Virus record (IMG/VR): IMGVR_UViG_3300002171_000155
Location: 1-27,207 of that record
Origin: a virus
Lineage: Duplodnaviria > Caudoviricetes
Reading direction: 5' to 3' (one strand)
Length of the DNA: 27,207 nucleotides
Below, in pieces: positions 1-9,174 of the stretch. The notes beneath the pieces were generated by a model. It did no database searches. It saw only the letters and a list, made by a program, of their open reading frames with translations, and had not been told where the DNA came from. The position numbers were made by a program, and so were the translations under genes. Within the stretch, counting starts at the first letter, position 1. Each line of letters opens with the position of its first letter.

Positions 1-1182
1 CCCTGCCGCAACGGCGAGCCGGTTCGCCGACAACCGAGATCGGTACAGCCACGGTGGGACGGAAACCCCGAGGTGCTTCCCGGGGTGACGGTCAGCGAAC
101 CGGGTGTCACATGGCGCACCTGGGCGGATCGACTGTTGAAAAAGGCGCAACAGGCGCTGGCCCGGGAGTCGGAGGAGATCCGGTGGCTGGAAAGTCGAGG
201 CATCGGTCCCGTCCTGATCGACCGATACCGCCTGGGATGGCTGACGCACGATCTGCGGGTGGACCGAGGCGAATTGGGCCTGCCGGTGGAAGAGGAAAGA
301 AAACGGTTGTGGGTGCCCGGCGGCCTGGTGATCCCGATCTTCGATTCGAACGACGGTATACACCGGCTGCGGATCCGCAGGCCACCGGCGGCCAGGGAAA
401 AATTTCTGCCCGACCGCAAGTATGTCTGGATCAAAGGCAGCGGCAACCTGCCCTTAGTGTTGCGGCCATCAGGCTCCCTTCGGGGGGCGGTGATCGTCGA
501 GGCCGAACTGGATGCCATGGCCGTGGCCGCTGCCCATGAGGACGTGCTGGTGGTGGCCCTGGGCACGGTGGCCGGCGGGATCGATGTCGGCCTGCAGGCC
601 ATGCTCGAGGAATGCCCGGTGATCCTCGTGGCCCTGGACGCCGATCCGGCCAGGGAAGGCAAACCGGGGGCGGGGCCGGCCTCGGTCAAGCGGTGGCGGC
701 AGAGTTTCCGGCAGGCGCGGTTCTGGCCGATGCCCGCCGGCAAGGATCCCGGTGATTTCGTCCGCGATCATGGCGGCGACCTGCACCAATGGGTGGAGTC
801 CGGCTTGCCGCCGGCACTGCCGGGTCCCGCTTCCGCGCCCCAGGACAGTTTTTCTTCTCCTGAGCGACGCTCGTCGGGGGAAGGGGGGAAAGATTTATTT
901 TTCGATGTCGTGCCGGCCCTGGACGATATCGAGGTCTTCGCCGATCTGCTGCGCGCCGAGTCCGGGGCGGTATGGTACGGAAGCGGGCCGTGCGGCGAGT
1001 TGGTGGTGCGGTTCCGGCGCGAAGCCGAAAATCTCGAGGCTTTTGTGCAACGAGGTCGGATCACCCGGATCATGTACGGCGGCGGTGCGGTGGCGGAGCT
1101 TTTGGAGCGGCTTCCGCGCGGTCGATACATTGGCGCTGACGCGCTTCTACAACTGCAAAACGAGGTTACCGATGCAGCATAA
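1..1182 (+). CDS. Phage DNA primase, TOPRIM domain (5'-truncated by window edge)
   Basis: Frame is open from base 1. DnaG-like 'WLESRGI..IDRYRLGW', TOPRIM Glu motif 'VIVEAELDA', DxD motif 'VALDAD' and 'GKDPGD'. Confidence 0.85.
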   Translation, partial: PCRNGEPVRRQPRSVQPRWDGNPEVLPGVTVSEPGVTWRTWADRLLKKAQQALARESEEIRWLESRGIGPVLIDRYRLGWLTHDLRVDRGELGLPVEEERKRLWVPGGLVIPIFDSNDGIHRLRIRRPPAAREKFLPDRKYVWIKGSGNLPLVLRPSGSLRGAVIVEAELDAMAVAAAHEDVLVVALGTVAGGIDVGLQAMLEECPVILVALDADPAREGKPGAGPASVKRWRQSFRQARFWPMPAGKDPGDFVRDHGGDLHQWVESGLPPALPGPASAPQDSFSSPERRSSGEGGKDLFFDVVPALDDIEVFADLLRAESGAVWYGSGPCGELVVRFRREAENLEAFVQRGRITRIMYGGGAVAELLERLPRGRYIGADALLQLQNEVTDAA

Positions 1183-1396
1183 CATGGACAAAATCAAGAA
1201 ATCCTGCCGGGACAAGAAGCGGTATGCCAGCCGGAATGCGGCAAACCGTCGAGCCATCGAACTCAACCGCAAGGGCGTCCGGATCAAGCCCTATCAATGC
1301 CCCGCCTGCGGCGGATGGCACATGACGCACCGCTCACCGGCGGCGGTGCTCAATGAAGCTTTTATCGAAGCCGGTATGGGGCCGGTATATCTTTGA
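1172..1396 (+). CDS. Small basic zinc-finger-like phage protein (74 aa)
   Basis: GAGGT RBS at 1162-1166, ATG 1172. Sequence 'CRDKKRYASRNAA...YQCPACGGWHMTH' has Cys/CxxC/His ligands. The longer 752 start in the ORF track overlaps the primase. Confidence 0.75.
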   Translation: MQHNMDKIKKSCRDKKRYASRNAANRRAIELNRKGVRIKPYQCPACGGWHMTHRSPAAVLNEAFIEAGMGPVYL

Positions 1397-1413
1397 TTTC
1401 GGGAGGGACAACA

Positions 1414-1845
1414 ATGGAAAAGGCAATCGGAATCGTCGGCCAGGGTATCGATGAACGGGAGGCACAAGAAAAGAAAACTGCTGAGGCAGAACGGTATTGG
1501 ACACTCCTGCTCGAAATCGGCGAGGTCCTCGATTCCTGTTTCGACGCGGCATGCGACGTGGCCCGGGTGCCAGCGATGGCGCGCGAAACGATCGCCAGCC
1601 TGCGCGACGACACCGCGCGGTCTCGACAACAGGCGGAACGACTCGCGGGAGAAAACACGGTGCTGGCGAATCGGGTGTCCGAACTGGAACAACGCCTCGA
1701 GGGCATAGAGGAATGGGAAAAAATACCCGCATTCCAGGGGCTGGTGAAAAGCGTTTATGGGAGCGACCTGGTCCGAGACCAACTGGCGGATTTCGCGCTC
1801 AAGGTGCTCCAGGGCCAGGTAGGGATTGTCCACCGGGATGCCTAA
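1414..1845 (+). CDS. Hypothetical phage protein with coiled coil
   Basis: GGGAGG RBS at 1401-1406, ATG 1414. Heptad-like segment 'LAGENTVLANRVSELEQRLEG'. Confidence 0.7.
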   Translation: MEKAIGIVGQGIDEREAQEKKTAEAERYWTLLLEIGEVLDSCFDAACDVARVPAMARETIASLRDDTARSRQQAERLAGENTVLANRVSELEQRLEGIEEWEKIPAFQGLVKSVYGSDLVRDQLADFALKVLQGQVGIVHRDA

Positions 1846-2029
1846 AACATTACCTATGGAAACCAATCACCAGCCACTGCAAAATCTGGCCTCGATTCAG
1901 CCCCTTTGTGCCGATTGTGGCAATTCTTTTCCGCAGGGTCCGGAACAGTCGAGCCTGTGCCCGAAATGCGATGCCAGGATGCAGGCCTCCGGCAACAAAT
2001 GGCAGGAGCAATCGGGAGAAAAGCGATGA
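1838..2029 (+). CDS. Small zinc-ribbon protein
   Basis: CADC...CPKC pair. Overlaps the upstream stop and has an ATGA overlap with the next gene. Start uncertain. Confidence 0.55.
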   Translation: MPKTLPMETNHQPLQNLASIQPLCADCGNSFPQGPEQSSLCPKCDARMQASGNKWQEQSGEKR

Positions 2030-2256
2030 TCAGGTCAATCTTCGTTCTCCCCAGACGTGGCTTGATCGGCGGCCGTCCAGTGGGGGCCGATTACATGACC
2101 ACCATTCATGACCGGGCCAGAAGATTGGATCGGGCCTGCCGGGAACGTGGTGCCCGGCTCGCCAACGATGATGAACGGCAGATGACATTGCCCTTCCCGG
2201 AAGGGACAGCAACGCTCATCAAGAAGCAAAGCGTAACTCTCGGGACAAAAAAATGA
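2026..2256 (+). CDS. Hypothetical phage protein (76 aa)
   Basis: GGGAG RBS, ATGA overlaps at both ends, C-terminal 'QMTLPF'. Confidence 0.55.
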   Translation: MIRSIFVLPRRGLIGGRPVGADYMTTIHDRARRLDRACRERGARLANDDERQMTLPFPEGTATLIKKQSVTLGTKK

Positions 2257-3611
2257 AAATCGAGCAGTTGAGTCCATTGGAAATCAACGGATATACGGCG
2301 AATGCGCGAACGCATGGCATAGACCAGGTGGCGCAGATTGCCGCATCCATCCGAGAGTTCGGGTTTAACCAGCCGATTTTAATCGATGAAACATCAACGA
2401 TAATCGCCGGACATGGCCGGCTTGCCGCTGCGGATATTCTAGGGCTATCGTCCGTTCCATGCATTCGACTGTCTCACCTGAACGAGAATCAACGACGGGC
2501 ATATATCATCGCCGACAACAAGATTGCCGAAAATGCAGGTTGGAACAAGAGCCTGCTCCAGTCTGAATTGGCGGAACTTGCAGGCTTGATCGACGTGAGC
2601 TTGCTTGGATTCTCTGAGCAAGAACTGCTTGAGCTGTTGCCGCTTGAACCTTCAGGAGGTTTGACCGACCCGGACGCTGTCCCCCCTGTTCCGGACAATC
2701 CTCAAACCATACCTGGTGACATATGGCTTCTCGGTCGGCACCGGCTCATGTGCGGCGATTCGACGAACACTCGGGATTGGATGCGACTGTGTGGCGGAAC
2801 CGGCGTTCTGCAGTGGTTTTGGACGGATCCGCCTTATAACGTCAATTATGGCGACAAGGCAAAGTCCCTCAACAAGGCCCGGAAAGGGCACCGGAACTGT
2901 GACAAGATCCTTAACGACCACATGGCGTCGGATGAATTTTACCGCTTCTTGTCCTCCATGTTTACGGCTGTGCATGAGATGCTGGAGCCTGGCGGCGTCA
3001 TCTATGTCGCCCACTCGGAAACCGAGCGGGCCAATTTCACCCTGGCTTTTGAGAATGCCGGGTTCAAACTGTCATCAAACATCATCTGGCGCAAAAACCA
3101 GCTTGTTCTCGGCCGTTCCGACTATCAGTACATGCATGAGCCGATTTTATACGGATGGAAAACCGGGGCAGGGCACTTTTGGTGCGGTGGCCGGAAGAAA
3201 ACGACCATGGTCGACTTGGCGAATGATGCCGGTATATCGCGATCCGATTCAGGGAACTACCTGCTGACAATTGGCGATGACGTGATCGAGATCGACAAGG
3301 GGGCCGTGGTTGAGGTGACTCCGTCATCGGTGATGTCGGTTGACAAGCCAAAACGCAACGATGTGCATCCAACCATGAAGCCCGTCGGATTGGTCGAACG
3401 ATGCCTCAAGTGTTCCGCGAAGAATGGGGCCATTGGCGGGGATGCCTTTGGAGGATCGGGAACGACGCTTATTGCTGCGGAACGGTTGGGGCTCTCCTCG
3501 CGTGTCATGGAGCTGGCGCCGAATTATTGCGATGTCATCGTGCGCCGGTGGATTGAGCATACGGGTTTGCAAGCGATCAATGAGATTACCGGGAATTCGT
3601 TTAAGGTTTGA
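2253..3611 (+). CDS. ParB/Srx N-terminal domain fused to N6-adenine/N4-cytosine DNA methyltransferase (beta class)
   Basis: ParB-like 'NARTH...SIREFGFNQPILID...IIAGHGRLAAA...IADNK'. Then 'HRLMCGDST', catalytic 'TDPPYN', 'HPTMKPV' and SAM-binding 'DAFGGSGTT'. Confidence 0.93.
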   Translation: MKIEQLSPLEINGYTANARTHGIDQVAQIAASIREFGFNQPILIDETSTIIAGHGRLAAADILGLSSVPCIRLSHLNENQRRAYIIADNKIAENAGWNKSLLQSELAELAGLIDVSLLGFSEQELLELLPLEPSGGLTDPDAVPPVPDNPQTIPGDIWLLGRHRLMCGDSTNTRDWMRLCGGTGVLQWFWTDPPYNVNYGDKAKSLNKARKGHRNCDKILNDHMASDEFYRFLSSMFTAVHEMLEPGGVIYVAHSETERANFTLAFENAGFKLSSNIIWRKNQLVLGRSDYQYMHEPILYGWKTGAGHFWCGGRKKTTMVDLANDAGISRSDSGNYLLTIGDDVIEIDKGAVVEVTPSSVMSVDKPKRNDVHPTMKPVGLVERCLKCSAKNGAIGGDAFGGSGTTLIAAERLGLSSRVMELAPNYCDVIVRRWIEHTGLQAINEITGNSFKV

Positions 3612-4375
3612 ACGTGGACTTCGCACAGGCACTTGAGAAGGCCGACAAGGACGGAAAGGTACGGTTGATCACCTTCCACAATGCGGTTGTAACCTGCACC
3701 AAGGAATACCAAGTGAATCCGACGGCTGTAAAACTGAGCGACCTCAGGGCGGCAGAGGATGCGCTTAATCAGGAAATTGGAAAACAGAGGGGCGATGGAA
3801 GAAAAGACGGGATTGGAACCAAGTTCAAAAACCGATCGGTAGCCTGGCGCTGGGCCGAGGATCAACTCAAGGGCAAGGGCGCGGCCCTGTCACAGAGAAA
3901 GTTTTACGACGATGGTACCGTAGGCAAATACCTGGTCTATCCCGACAAGAGCGTGTCGCGGTCATCGGTGGCCGAATACCTGTTGCAGGTCCTCGGCGAT
4001 GCTCCTGTGGTCGACCTTGACCTGGTCGACAGGAAACAGGAAAAGGATCGCCTTGAATTGCGCAAGCTGGAACTTGAGGTTGACCGACTTGCCATAAAAG
4101 CCAGGTCGGAAGATCGGGAATGGATGCGAACCGACGATCACTGGGCGCAGCTCATGGCCGGCTACAACCTGATGCGAGGGGCTTTGGAGCACTTTGCCCG
4201 GGTATCGGCAACAGAGATAGTGCTCGAGGCGGGTGGAGACTATCACCAGGGACCTATGATCGCGGACAAGGTGGTGGAGCTGGTGATCAACAAGGCCTTT
4301 AATGAGTTGGCCGGGATGCGGATAGATTCCGGAGAGTTTGAAGCGGAAGAGGAGAGCGGTGATGAGCGAGAATGA
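3608..4375 (+). CDS. Probable terminase small subunit (Nu1-like: HTH plus coiled coil)
   Basis: TTG start overlapping upstream TGA. HTH-like central part, then 'KQEKDRLELRKLELEVDRLAIK...EWMRTDD' coiled coil. Lies upstream of a GpA-type terminase. Confidence 0.6.
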   Translation: MNVDFAQALEKADKDGKVRLITFHNAVVTCTKEYQVNPTAVKLSDLRAAEDALNQEIGKQRGDGRKDGIGTKFKNRSVAWRWAEDQLKGKGAALSQRKFYDDGTVGKYLVYPDKSVSRSSVAEYLLQVLGDAPVVDLDLVDRKQEKDRLELRKLELEVDRLAIKARSEDREWMRTDDHWAQLMAGYNLMRGALEHFARVSATEIVLEAGGDYHQGPMIADKVVELVINKAFNELAGMRIDSGEFEAEEESGDERE

Positions 4376-4583
4376 TGCAATTTTGGTGGGAGTGGACGAA
4401 ATCTCCAGATTCATGCGGGTGAGCCCAACCAACCTGCGTCGGCTGCGAAAAAAATATGCCGACATTCCCATCCATCAGGAGAGCCCTACGGCGCAACTAT
4501 GGGCCGACAAGGAGACTTTGTCCTCCTGGCAGCGGCAGTTGTGCGCCGGAAAGTCGCAGATGATTATCACCCATCAAAACTAG
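4362..4583 (+). CDS. Small Xis/AlpA/MerR-like winged HTH DNA-binding protein (73 aa)
   Basis: GGAG upstream, ATG 4362. 'LVGVDEISRFMRVSPTNLRRLRKK...LWADKETLSSW' matches the HTH-wing-helix pattern of excisionase-like proteins. Confidence 0.7.
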   Translation: MSENDAILVGVDEISRFMRVSPTNLRRLRKKYADIPIHQESPTAQLWADKETLSSWQRQLCAGKSQMIITHQN

Positions 4584-4590
4584 TCAAGCG

Positions 4591-4660
4591 CCAAGAACAA
4601 CCAACATCAACCAACCCCCGCCAAGATCAACCAACGTCAACCAACGTCAACAAAGACCGA
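4591..4660 (+). repeat. Tandem array of seven 10-bp units, consensus CCAA(C/G)(A/G)TCAA
   Basis: Units read directly: ccaagaacaa ccaacatcaa ccaacccccg ccaagatcaa ccaacgtcaa ccaacgtcaa caaagaccga. Confidence 0.9.
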
Positions 4661-4686
4661 TACCCCATAAAAACACCGTGTAAGAT
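4658..4686 (+). promoter_or_regulatory. Putative activator-dependent late promoter
   Basis: -10-like TAAGAT at 4681-4686 with no recognisable -35 (cgatac at 17-bp spacing). Directly downstream of the repeat array and upstream of the late operon. Confidence 0.4.
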
Positions 4687-4775
4687 CGGCTCGGAAATCA
4701 AGTTCCAGTCGTTCCCACTGCCGCCGGCAGCGTCCTGCTCAACGCCTGGCGACGAGGACCTCAACACGGTGCCCG

Positions 4776-6737
4776 ATGGCCGATCCTGCCCGACAACTGG
4801 CGATAGCCGCCCCGGTGTTCAGGCTGTATCCCTGTGCTCCTGCTGGTGTCCGCCGTCGACTTTCCGGCCGGAGCGTCACCTCTGATCGTTGCCCGGTCAT
4901 CGCCTTTCCCCGTCACCTGCGCAAATTCATCGCCACCCCCGAACGGATCACCGCCCTCGAGTTTGCCGAGCGTTACCGCATCGTCACCGACGGCGCCCAT
5001 CCTGGCCCGTGGAGGCGTGAACATGCCCCCCACACCGCCAAGATCCTCATCATCTTTGGCAATCCTTGGACGCGCGAGATCTGGTACTGCGGCGTCGACC
5101 AGTCCGGGAAAACCATCACCCTCACTAATTGCCTGGCATGGTCAATCGAGCAGTTATCCGGCGATATTTTCTATCTTATGCCATCCGAGGAGACGGCGAA
5201 AAATATCGTCGACCAGAAACTGCGGCCGATGCTCGAGCAGTCGCCACATCTGCGCGGCTACCTCAGCCCACGAAAGGATGATACCGCCATTACCCGTATC
5301 CGCTTGGCAAATGGCAAGACCGTCCGTCCATCGTGGGCCTCGAGCGCTTTGGCAACGGCCACATGGTCCGCCCAGGCCTATTTTTGCGATGAAGTTGACA
5401 AGTTCGCCTTTGCCACCTCGACCAGCAATGGCTCAGGCGGTGAGGGCGGCCAGAGGGGCAAGGAAAAGGACCCCATTACCGCTATCCGACTGCGTGCCCG
5501 TACATTTCGAGGCCGTGAAAAAGGTTTTTTCTGCTCCACTCCAGCAGGTCGATTCATCCGCAAAGGTACAGAGGCTTGCCATCAAGTATGGGAATGGCGG
5601 TTGTGTTGCCCGCATTGCAATGAACTGATCCGTCCAGAAGGCAAGCACCTTGCCCTTGACGACACCGCCACCGTCGAGCAGATCGAGCACGACGGCGTTG
5701 CCCTTGCCTGCCATCGATGCGGTGGATTGATGGATGAGCAGCAGCGCGTCCATGCAATTCGCGGTGGTTGTTGGGTTGCGATCAAGGGCGCTGATCTCGC
5801 CAGGCCGGAGCGGGTCGGGTTCATTCACCGCGCCTGGGATTGCCTCGACGTAACCCTCAAGGAAATCGGCGTGGCCTGGCTGAAAAACCTGGTCGGCAAA
5901 CACACCGATAAAATCGCCTGGGCTAACGGTGTTGAGGCCGATGATTATCAGGTCGAACTGAAGGATCGTGATGAAGATTACATCCTGCGGCTGAAGGACG
6001 AAAGCCTGCCCCGACGGGCGGTGCCCAGTGACACCTCCTGCCTGCTACTCCTGGTCGATACCCAGAAATATGGCTTCCGTTATCAGGTGTGGGCCTGCGG
6101 CTGGGGCGAGGACATGACCGTCAGCGTGATCGACCGGGGCATGGTGCGTGGATTCGCCAACCTGGTGGACCTGGCCGAGCGGGACTGGCTGGATGCCGCC
6201 GGCAATGTGCACAGGATCGCGGCCGGCTGGATCGATTCCGGCGGCGGTACCGATCCCTATCATCCCAAGCACAGCCGAACCCGCGAAGTCTATCTCTTCT
6301 GCAAGAAACACCCGCTCTTCTCCCCGATCAAGGGCCGCAGGACTCAGAGCATGCCCTGGAACATCACCCGGCTGGAGTACCTGCCGTCACGATCCGGCAA
6401 GAAGGTGCCCATTCCCGGCGGCCTCAATCTCTATACCCTGAACGTGACCATGTACAAGAACGACGTGGCCACCACCCTGGCCATTGAGTCCGGCGATCCG
6501 GGCGGATTCCGTTTGCATGCGGAGATCGGCAAGGATTACGCGGCCCAGATGTGCGCCGAGTACCAGGATGATCGGGGATACTGGATCTGTCCGGAAGGTA
6601 AGGACAACCACGATTGGGATATCTCGGTCTACGGCATGGCGGCGATCGACATCATGGGTATCCGCGACTGGAAACCCGAACCGGAGGAACCGGAAGCTCG
6701 GCTCGAACAATCCGCTCCCAAAAGGAGGCGATGGTAG
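4776..6737 (+). CDS. terL: Terminase large subunit, lambda GpA family
   Basis: 'GPWRREHAPH', Walker A-like 'QSGKT', Walker B 'FCDEVDK', 'STP', CPHC/CHRC motifs, nuclease 'VDTQ', 'IDSGG' and C-terminal 'NHDWD'. Confidence 0.95.
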   Translation: MADPARQLAIAAPVFRLYPCAPAGVRRRLSGRSVTSDRCPVIAFPRHLRKFIATPERITALEFAERYRIVTDGAHPGPWRREHAPHTAKILIIFGNPWTREIWYCGVDQSGKTITLTNCLAWSIEQLSGDIFYLMPSEETAKNIVDQKLRPMLEQSPHLRGYLSPRKDDTAITRIRLANGKTVRPSWASSALATATWSAQAYFCDEVDKFAFATSTSNGSGGEGGQRGKEKDPITAIRLRARTFRGREKGFFCSTPAGRFIRKGTEACHQVWEWRLCCPHCNELIRPEGKHLALDDTATVEQIEHDGVALACHRCGGLMDEQQRVHAIRGGCWVAIKGADLARPERVGFIHRAWDCLDVTLKEIGVAWLKNLVGKHTDKIAWANGVEADDYQVELKDRDEDYILRLKDESLPRRAVPSDTSCLLLLVDTQKYGFRYQVWACGWGEDMTVSVIDRGMVRGFANLVDLAERDWLDAAGNVHRIAAGWIDSGGGTDPYHPKHSRTREVYLFCKKHPLFSPIKGRRTQSMPWNITRLEYLPSRSGKKVPIPGGLNLYTLNVTMYKNDVATTLAIESGDPGGFRLHAEIGKDYAAQMCAEYQDDRGYWICPEGKDNHDWDISVYGMAAIDIMGIRDWKPEPEEPEARLEQSAPKRRRW

Positions 6738-6983
6738 ATGTATTTCGACACGGTTGAGGAATACACCACGGAGATCGCCCTGGTACGGCTGTCGATCCAC
6801 CGAACCCTGGAGAGCCAGAAATATGGCCGGAGTGGATCCGGCGTGGCCTCGGAAAGCCAGCGGGTCGAGTTGAATACCCTGCGCGACTATCTGCGGGATC
6901 TGATCGGCGAGCGTGACCTGCTGCAAGGCTCCACCGATGCGCCTGTGACCAGGGTGTACGCCAAGGCGGGGAGGCGGTTTTGA
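6738..6983 (+). CDS. Head-tail joining protein (gpW-like)
   Basis: 81 aa between terL and portal (the lambda gpW position), AGGAGG RBS, helix-hairpin-helix pattern 'LNTLRDYLRDL'. Confidence 0.65.
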   Translation: MYFDTVEEYTTEIALVRLSIHRTLESQKYGRSGSGVASESQRVELNTLRDYLRDLIGERDLLQGSTDAPVTRVYAKAGRRF

Positions 6984-8560
6984 GATTCGACGGGACGCGG
7001 GCACTTGCCACGGTTGAACGGATTATCGACCGCACGGTCGGGGTGCTGATGCCCGGGCTGGAAAGCCGGATGCTGCAAGCCCGCATCCGCAACATGAGCC
7101 TGCGCCAGTATGCGGCGGCCAAGGAGTCCCGCCTGCTTGGCGACTGGGTTCCGGTGGGCACGGACATCAACACCCTGATCCGCACCAGTAATCCCACGGT
7201 TCGCAACCGGACCCGGCAGCTGGTGGGGGACTTCGCCTACTTTGCCCGCGCCGCCAAAAACCTGGTGGATTTCACGGTGGGGGAGGGCATCGCCTTCCAG
7301 AGCCGGGTCACCCGAACCACGGGCAAGGGCGGCAAGGCGGAACTGGATTCCAGGTCCATCGGTCAAATCGAGGATGCGCGCAAATGGTGGATGGACGAAT
7401 GCGATGCCGCCGGTCGACTGCACTACTTCGAGATGGAGCGGATGTGGCGCCGCCAGGACGTGGTCGATGGCGAGAGCCTGCTGGTGTTCGTCTGGGACAA
7501 GCGGCCCGGCCGTTACCTGCCACTGGCCCTGCAGGCCTACGAGGCTGATTGGCTGAGCAGTGAGTTTTCCGTTGCCCAGGGCGACAACCTGGTCGACCAG
7601 GGATTGGAATTTGACCGGCGCACCGGCCGGGTGGCGGCGGCCCACTTCCGGGTGCCGGATGGTTTCTCCCCCCTGACCGGCAGTGTCCGCAGCCAGCGGG
7701 TGCCTGCCGAACATTTCGTGCACGGCTTTGAGTCGCTGCGGCCCGGCCAGCTGCGCGGCATCAGCCCGTTCACCCCGGCGATTCTCCTGGCGGACGACCT
7801 GCAGGAGTTCATCGGCGCCAACATCGATCGGGCCAAGATGGCCAGTAAGTGGCTGGCTTTCGTGGAAACGGCGGATATCGCCCGCTGGCAGCATGGGCGC
7901 ACCACCAAGGATCCGGAAACCGGCCACCGGCTGACCGTCCTTGAAAACGCGATCATCGATTTCATGAAACCGGGCGACAAGGTCAACGTCAATACTGCGG
8001 ATGTACCCGGCGAGAGCTTCTCACCATTCGCCAAGTTCATCCTCCAGATGCTGGCGGTGAGCGTGGGCGTTCCCTACGAGATGGTGGCCGGCGACTACGG
8101 CGGCCTGAACTACAACACCACGCGCACGGTCCGCAACGATTTTGCCAAGGCCACGCGACCGATCATCCGCCGGCATTGCCGTCAGTTCGGCGTCCAGGTG
8201 AACCGGGCCTTCTTCGATGCCCTCTACCTGGCAGGCAAGATCGACATGCCCGGGTATCAAAAAAATCCGCGCCACTGGCAGGAAGGATTGTGGCAGCCGC
8301 CTGGAGTCGAGCCGCTCGATCTGCTTCGTGAAAGCCGGGGCCAGATCGATCTGGTGAAAAACCTGCTCTACAGCCCGCAGGAAATCATCATCGGCCGGGG
8401 CCGTGATCCGGAAGAGGTGCTCAACGAGATCCAGGAGTTCAAACGAATGGTAGAGGCGCGCGGACTGTCCCTGGAAGAGGTATCCACCGCCCTGCAGTCC
8501 AACCCGGCGGCGGTTGCCGGCAATCCAACAGCGGCAAGTAAGCAAGAGGAACAGCAATGA
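6980..8560 (+). CDS. Portal protein, lambda family
   Basis: 'QYAAAK...VRNRTRQL', 'DGESL', 'RPGQLRGIS', 'VGVPYEMVAGDY..NY', 'GRDPEEV'. TTG start with GGAGG RBS. Confidence 0.95.
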   Translation: MRFDGTRALATVERIIDRTVGVLMPGLESRMLQARIRNMSLRQYAAAKESRLLGDWVPVGTDINTLIRTSNPTVRNRTRQLVGDFAYFARAAKNLVDFTVGEGIAFQSRVTRTTGKGGKAELDSRSIGQIEDARKWWMDECDAAGRLHYFEMERMWRRQDVVDGESLLVFVWDKRPGRYLPLALQAYEADWLSSEFSVAQGDNLVDQGLEFDRRTGRVAAAHFRVPDGFSPLTGSVRSQRVPAEHFVHGFESLRPGQLRGISPFTPAILLADDLQEFIGANIDRAKMASKWLAFVETADIARWQHGRTTKDPETGHRLTVLENAIIDFMKPGDKVNVNTADVPGESFSPFAKFILQMLAVSVGVPYEMVAGDYGGLNYNTTRTVRNDFAKATRPIIRRHCRQFGVQVNRAFFDALYLAGKIDMPGYQKNPRHWQEGLWQPPGVEPLDLLRESRGQIDLVKNLLYSPQEIIIGRGRDPEEVLNEIQEFKRMVEARGLSLEEVSTALQSNPAAVAGNPTAASKQEEQQ

Positions 8561-9174
8561 ACCTGCACCAGCGCGCAACCTTGCGCTCGTTCTATCCGGG
8601 AATGTCCGACCTTGCCCGAGGCCTGCCCAGGGTTATGCGGGCAGGATACACCACCAGGGCTGTTTCCCTGGGGTCGGCTCAAGATCCGGACAATATCAGG
8701 TGGATCCTGGCCACCGAGCAACCGGCGCTGGTCTATGACTGGCAGCTCGACCGCGTGGTGAACGAGGTGCTGCTCATGGATGGTGTCGTTTATCCGCACA
8801 ACCAGCAGGTACCCTTGCTTGATTGCCACAACCGTTGGACATGCGACGATCAGTTCGGGTCCGTTTCCGGATTCAAGGCGGACATGGCCGGAGAGTTCAG
8901 GGCCATCAGCGGCTTGGTGCGGTTTGCTGCTGACGAGCGCTCGCAGCGCACCCGGCAAAAGGTTTTGGACGGGCACCTCACCGACGGTTCCGCTGGGTAT
9001 CGGGTACTGGCGTCCATCTGGATCCCCGATGAAGTCGAGGCCACCGTGCTGGGGAGAACATTTAGAGGGCCGCTCAAGGTTTCGACCGAGTGGGCCTTAC
9101 GCGAGTTCACGTTAACGCCAATAGGCGCGGATAGCTTGTCCAAGTACATGGGCGCGGCTGGCCAATTGGCATAA
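8557..9174 (+). CDS. Prohead (capsid maturation) protease, HK97-like fold
   Basis: 'ATEQP', 'VPLLDCH' (His), 'GHLTDGSAGY' (Ser) and 'EFTLTPIGAD'. Lies between portal and capsid. Confidence 0.85.
   Translation: MNLHQRATLRSFYPGMSDLARGLPRVMRAGYTTRAVSLGSAQDPDNIRWILATEQPALVYDWQLDRVVNEVLLMDGVVYPHNQQVPLLDCHNRWTCDDQFGSVSGFKADMAGEFRAISGLVRFAADERSQRTRQKVLDGHLTDGSAGYRVLASIWIPDEVEATVLGRTFRGPLKVSTEWALREFTLTPIGADSLSKYMGAAGQLA

Noticed and set aside
4591-4660. Possible CRISPR array
   Set aside because: Units are 10 bp and contiguous with no spacers; no cas genes.
4499-4885. 128-aa ORF with repeated 'QPTSTN'
   Set aside because: It is a translation of the 10-bp DNA array (period not a multiple of 3) and overlaps both the HTH gene and terL.
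5400-5475. Gly/Ser-rich insertion after Walker B in terL as a possible intein or intron
   Set aside because: Only about 10 extra residues, with no splicing motifs; a loop expansion.
9100-9135. Apparent Ser-to-Thr change in protease motif (EFTLTP versus usual ExSxVP)
   Set aside because: The likely catalytic His (LLDCH) and Ser (DGSAGY) are retained, so there is no evidence of inactivation.
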